Positions 63,746-64,000 of a stretch of 64,000 nucleotides of DNA are shown here, piece by piece. The stretch is from Octopus sinensis (Eukaryota): the NCBI RefSeq assembly GCF_006345805.1, contig NC_043009.1, positions 60,884,001 to 60,948,000 on the forward strand, read 5' to 3'. Positions within the stretch are counted from its first letter, which is position 1. The number at the start of each line of letters is the position of its first letter. The position numbers were made by a program, and so were the translations under genes. The notes below the pieces were generated by a model that was not told where the DNA came from, did not search any database, and saw only the letters and a list, made by a program, of their open reading frames with translations.

Positions 63746-64000
63746 GAATCTCTTTGTTCTGACAAAAAATGATGGATCGTCTCCCTTCGACCTCTGACCC
63801 GAGCAGGTCAGGCGAAGTTTAACAGGACGACCAGCGACCTACTGTACGCAATAACACTCTTGCGGTATATCTATTTTTCTGGCTATTTGAGATGTTATAA
63901 ATAGAACGGAGAAATAGGTAACCAGAGAGAAGCCGAACCAACGTTTAAGAGAACGTCACGCATTTATGAGGACGACGAAAGAATATTCAGAAAGGTGACT

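Overview
AT-rich, repeat-dominated animal genomic DNA. The tRNA-headed SINE families and the microsatellite load point to an octopus (octopodid cephalopod); this is inference from recognisable repeats. No complete protein-coding gene is present, and almost every ORF in the supplied track is a microsatellite or repeat artefact. Most of the window consists of (TA)n/(TACA)n/(CA)n tracts, several SINE families (CORE-type and Meta-domain-type), decayed non-LTR retrotransposons (RTE, CR1, Jockey/L2-like, R4/Dong, Penelope-like), a near full-length Tc1, mariner derivatives, piggyBac-, pogo- and long-TIR MITEs, and a Helentron-like element. Splice and promoter signals suggest the 5' part of a minus-strand gene: candidate first exons at about 22.9 kb and 4.1 kb, a 45-nt exon at 9.1 kb and a 3/7-nt microexon at 7.3 kb. 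There is also an unidentified 135-codon minus-strand exon-like frame at 58 kb. The most striking unannotated structures are two hammerhead-ribozyme folds with palindromic stem III (47.7 kb minus, well formed; 6.5 kb plus, decayed), a set of fold-back palindromes attached to (TA)n tracts (one with perfect 79-bp arms), a SINE with a 50-bp target-site duplication, and head-to-tail SINE multimers, one bounded by a single TSD. All coordinates, pairings and translations were derived by hand.
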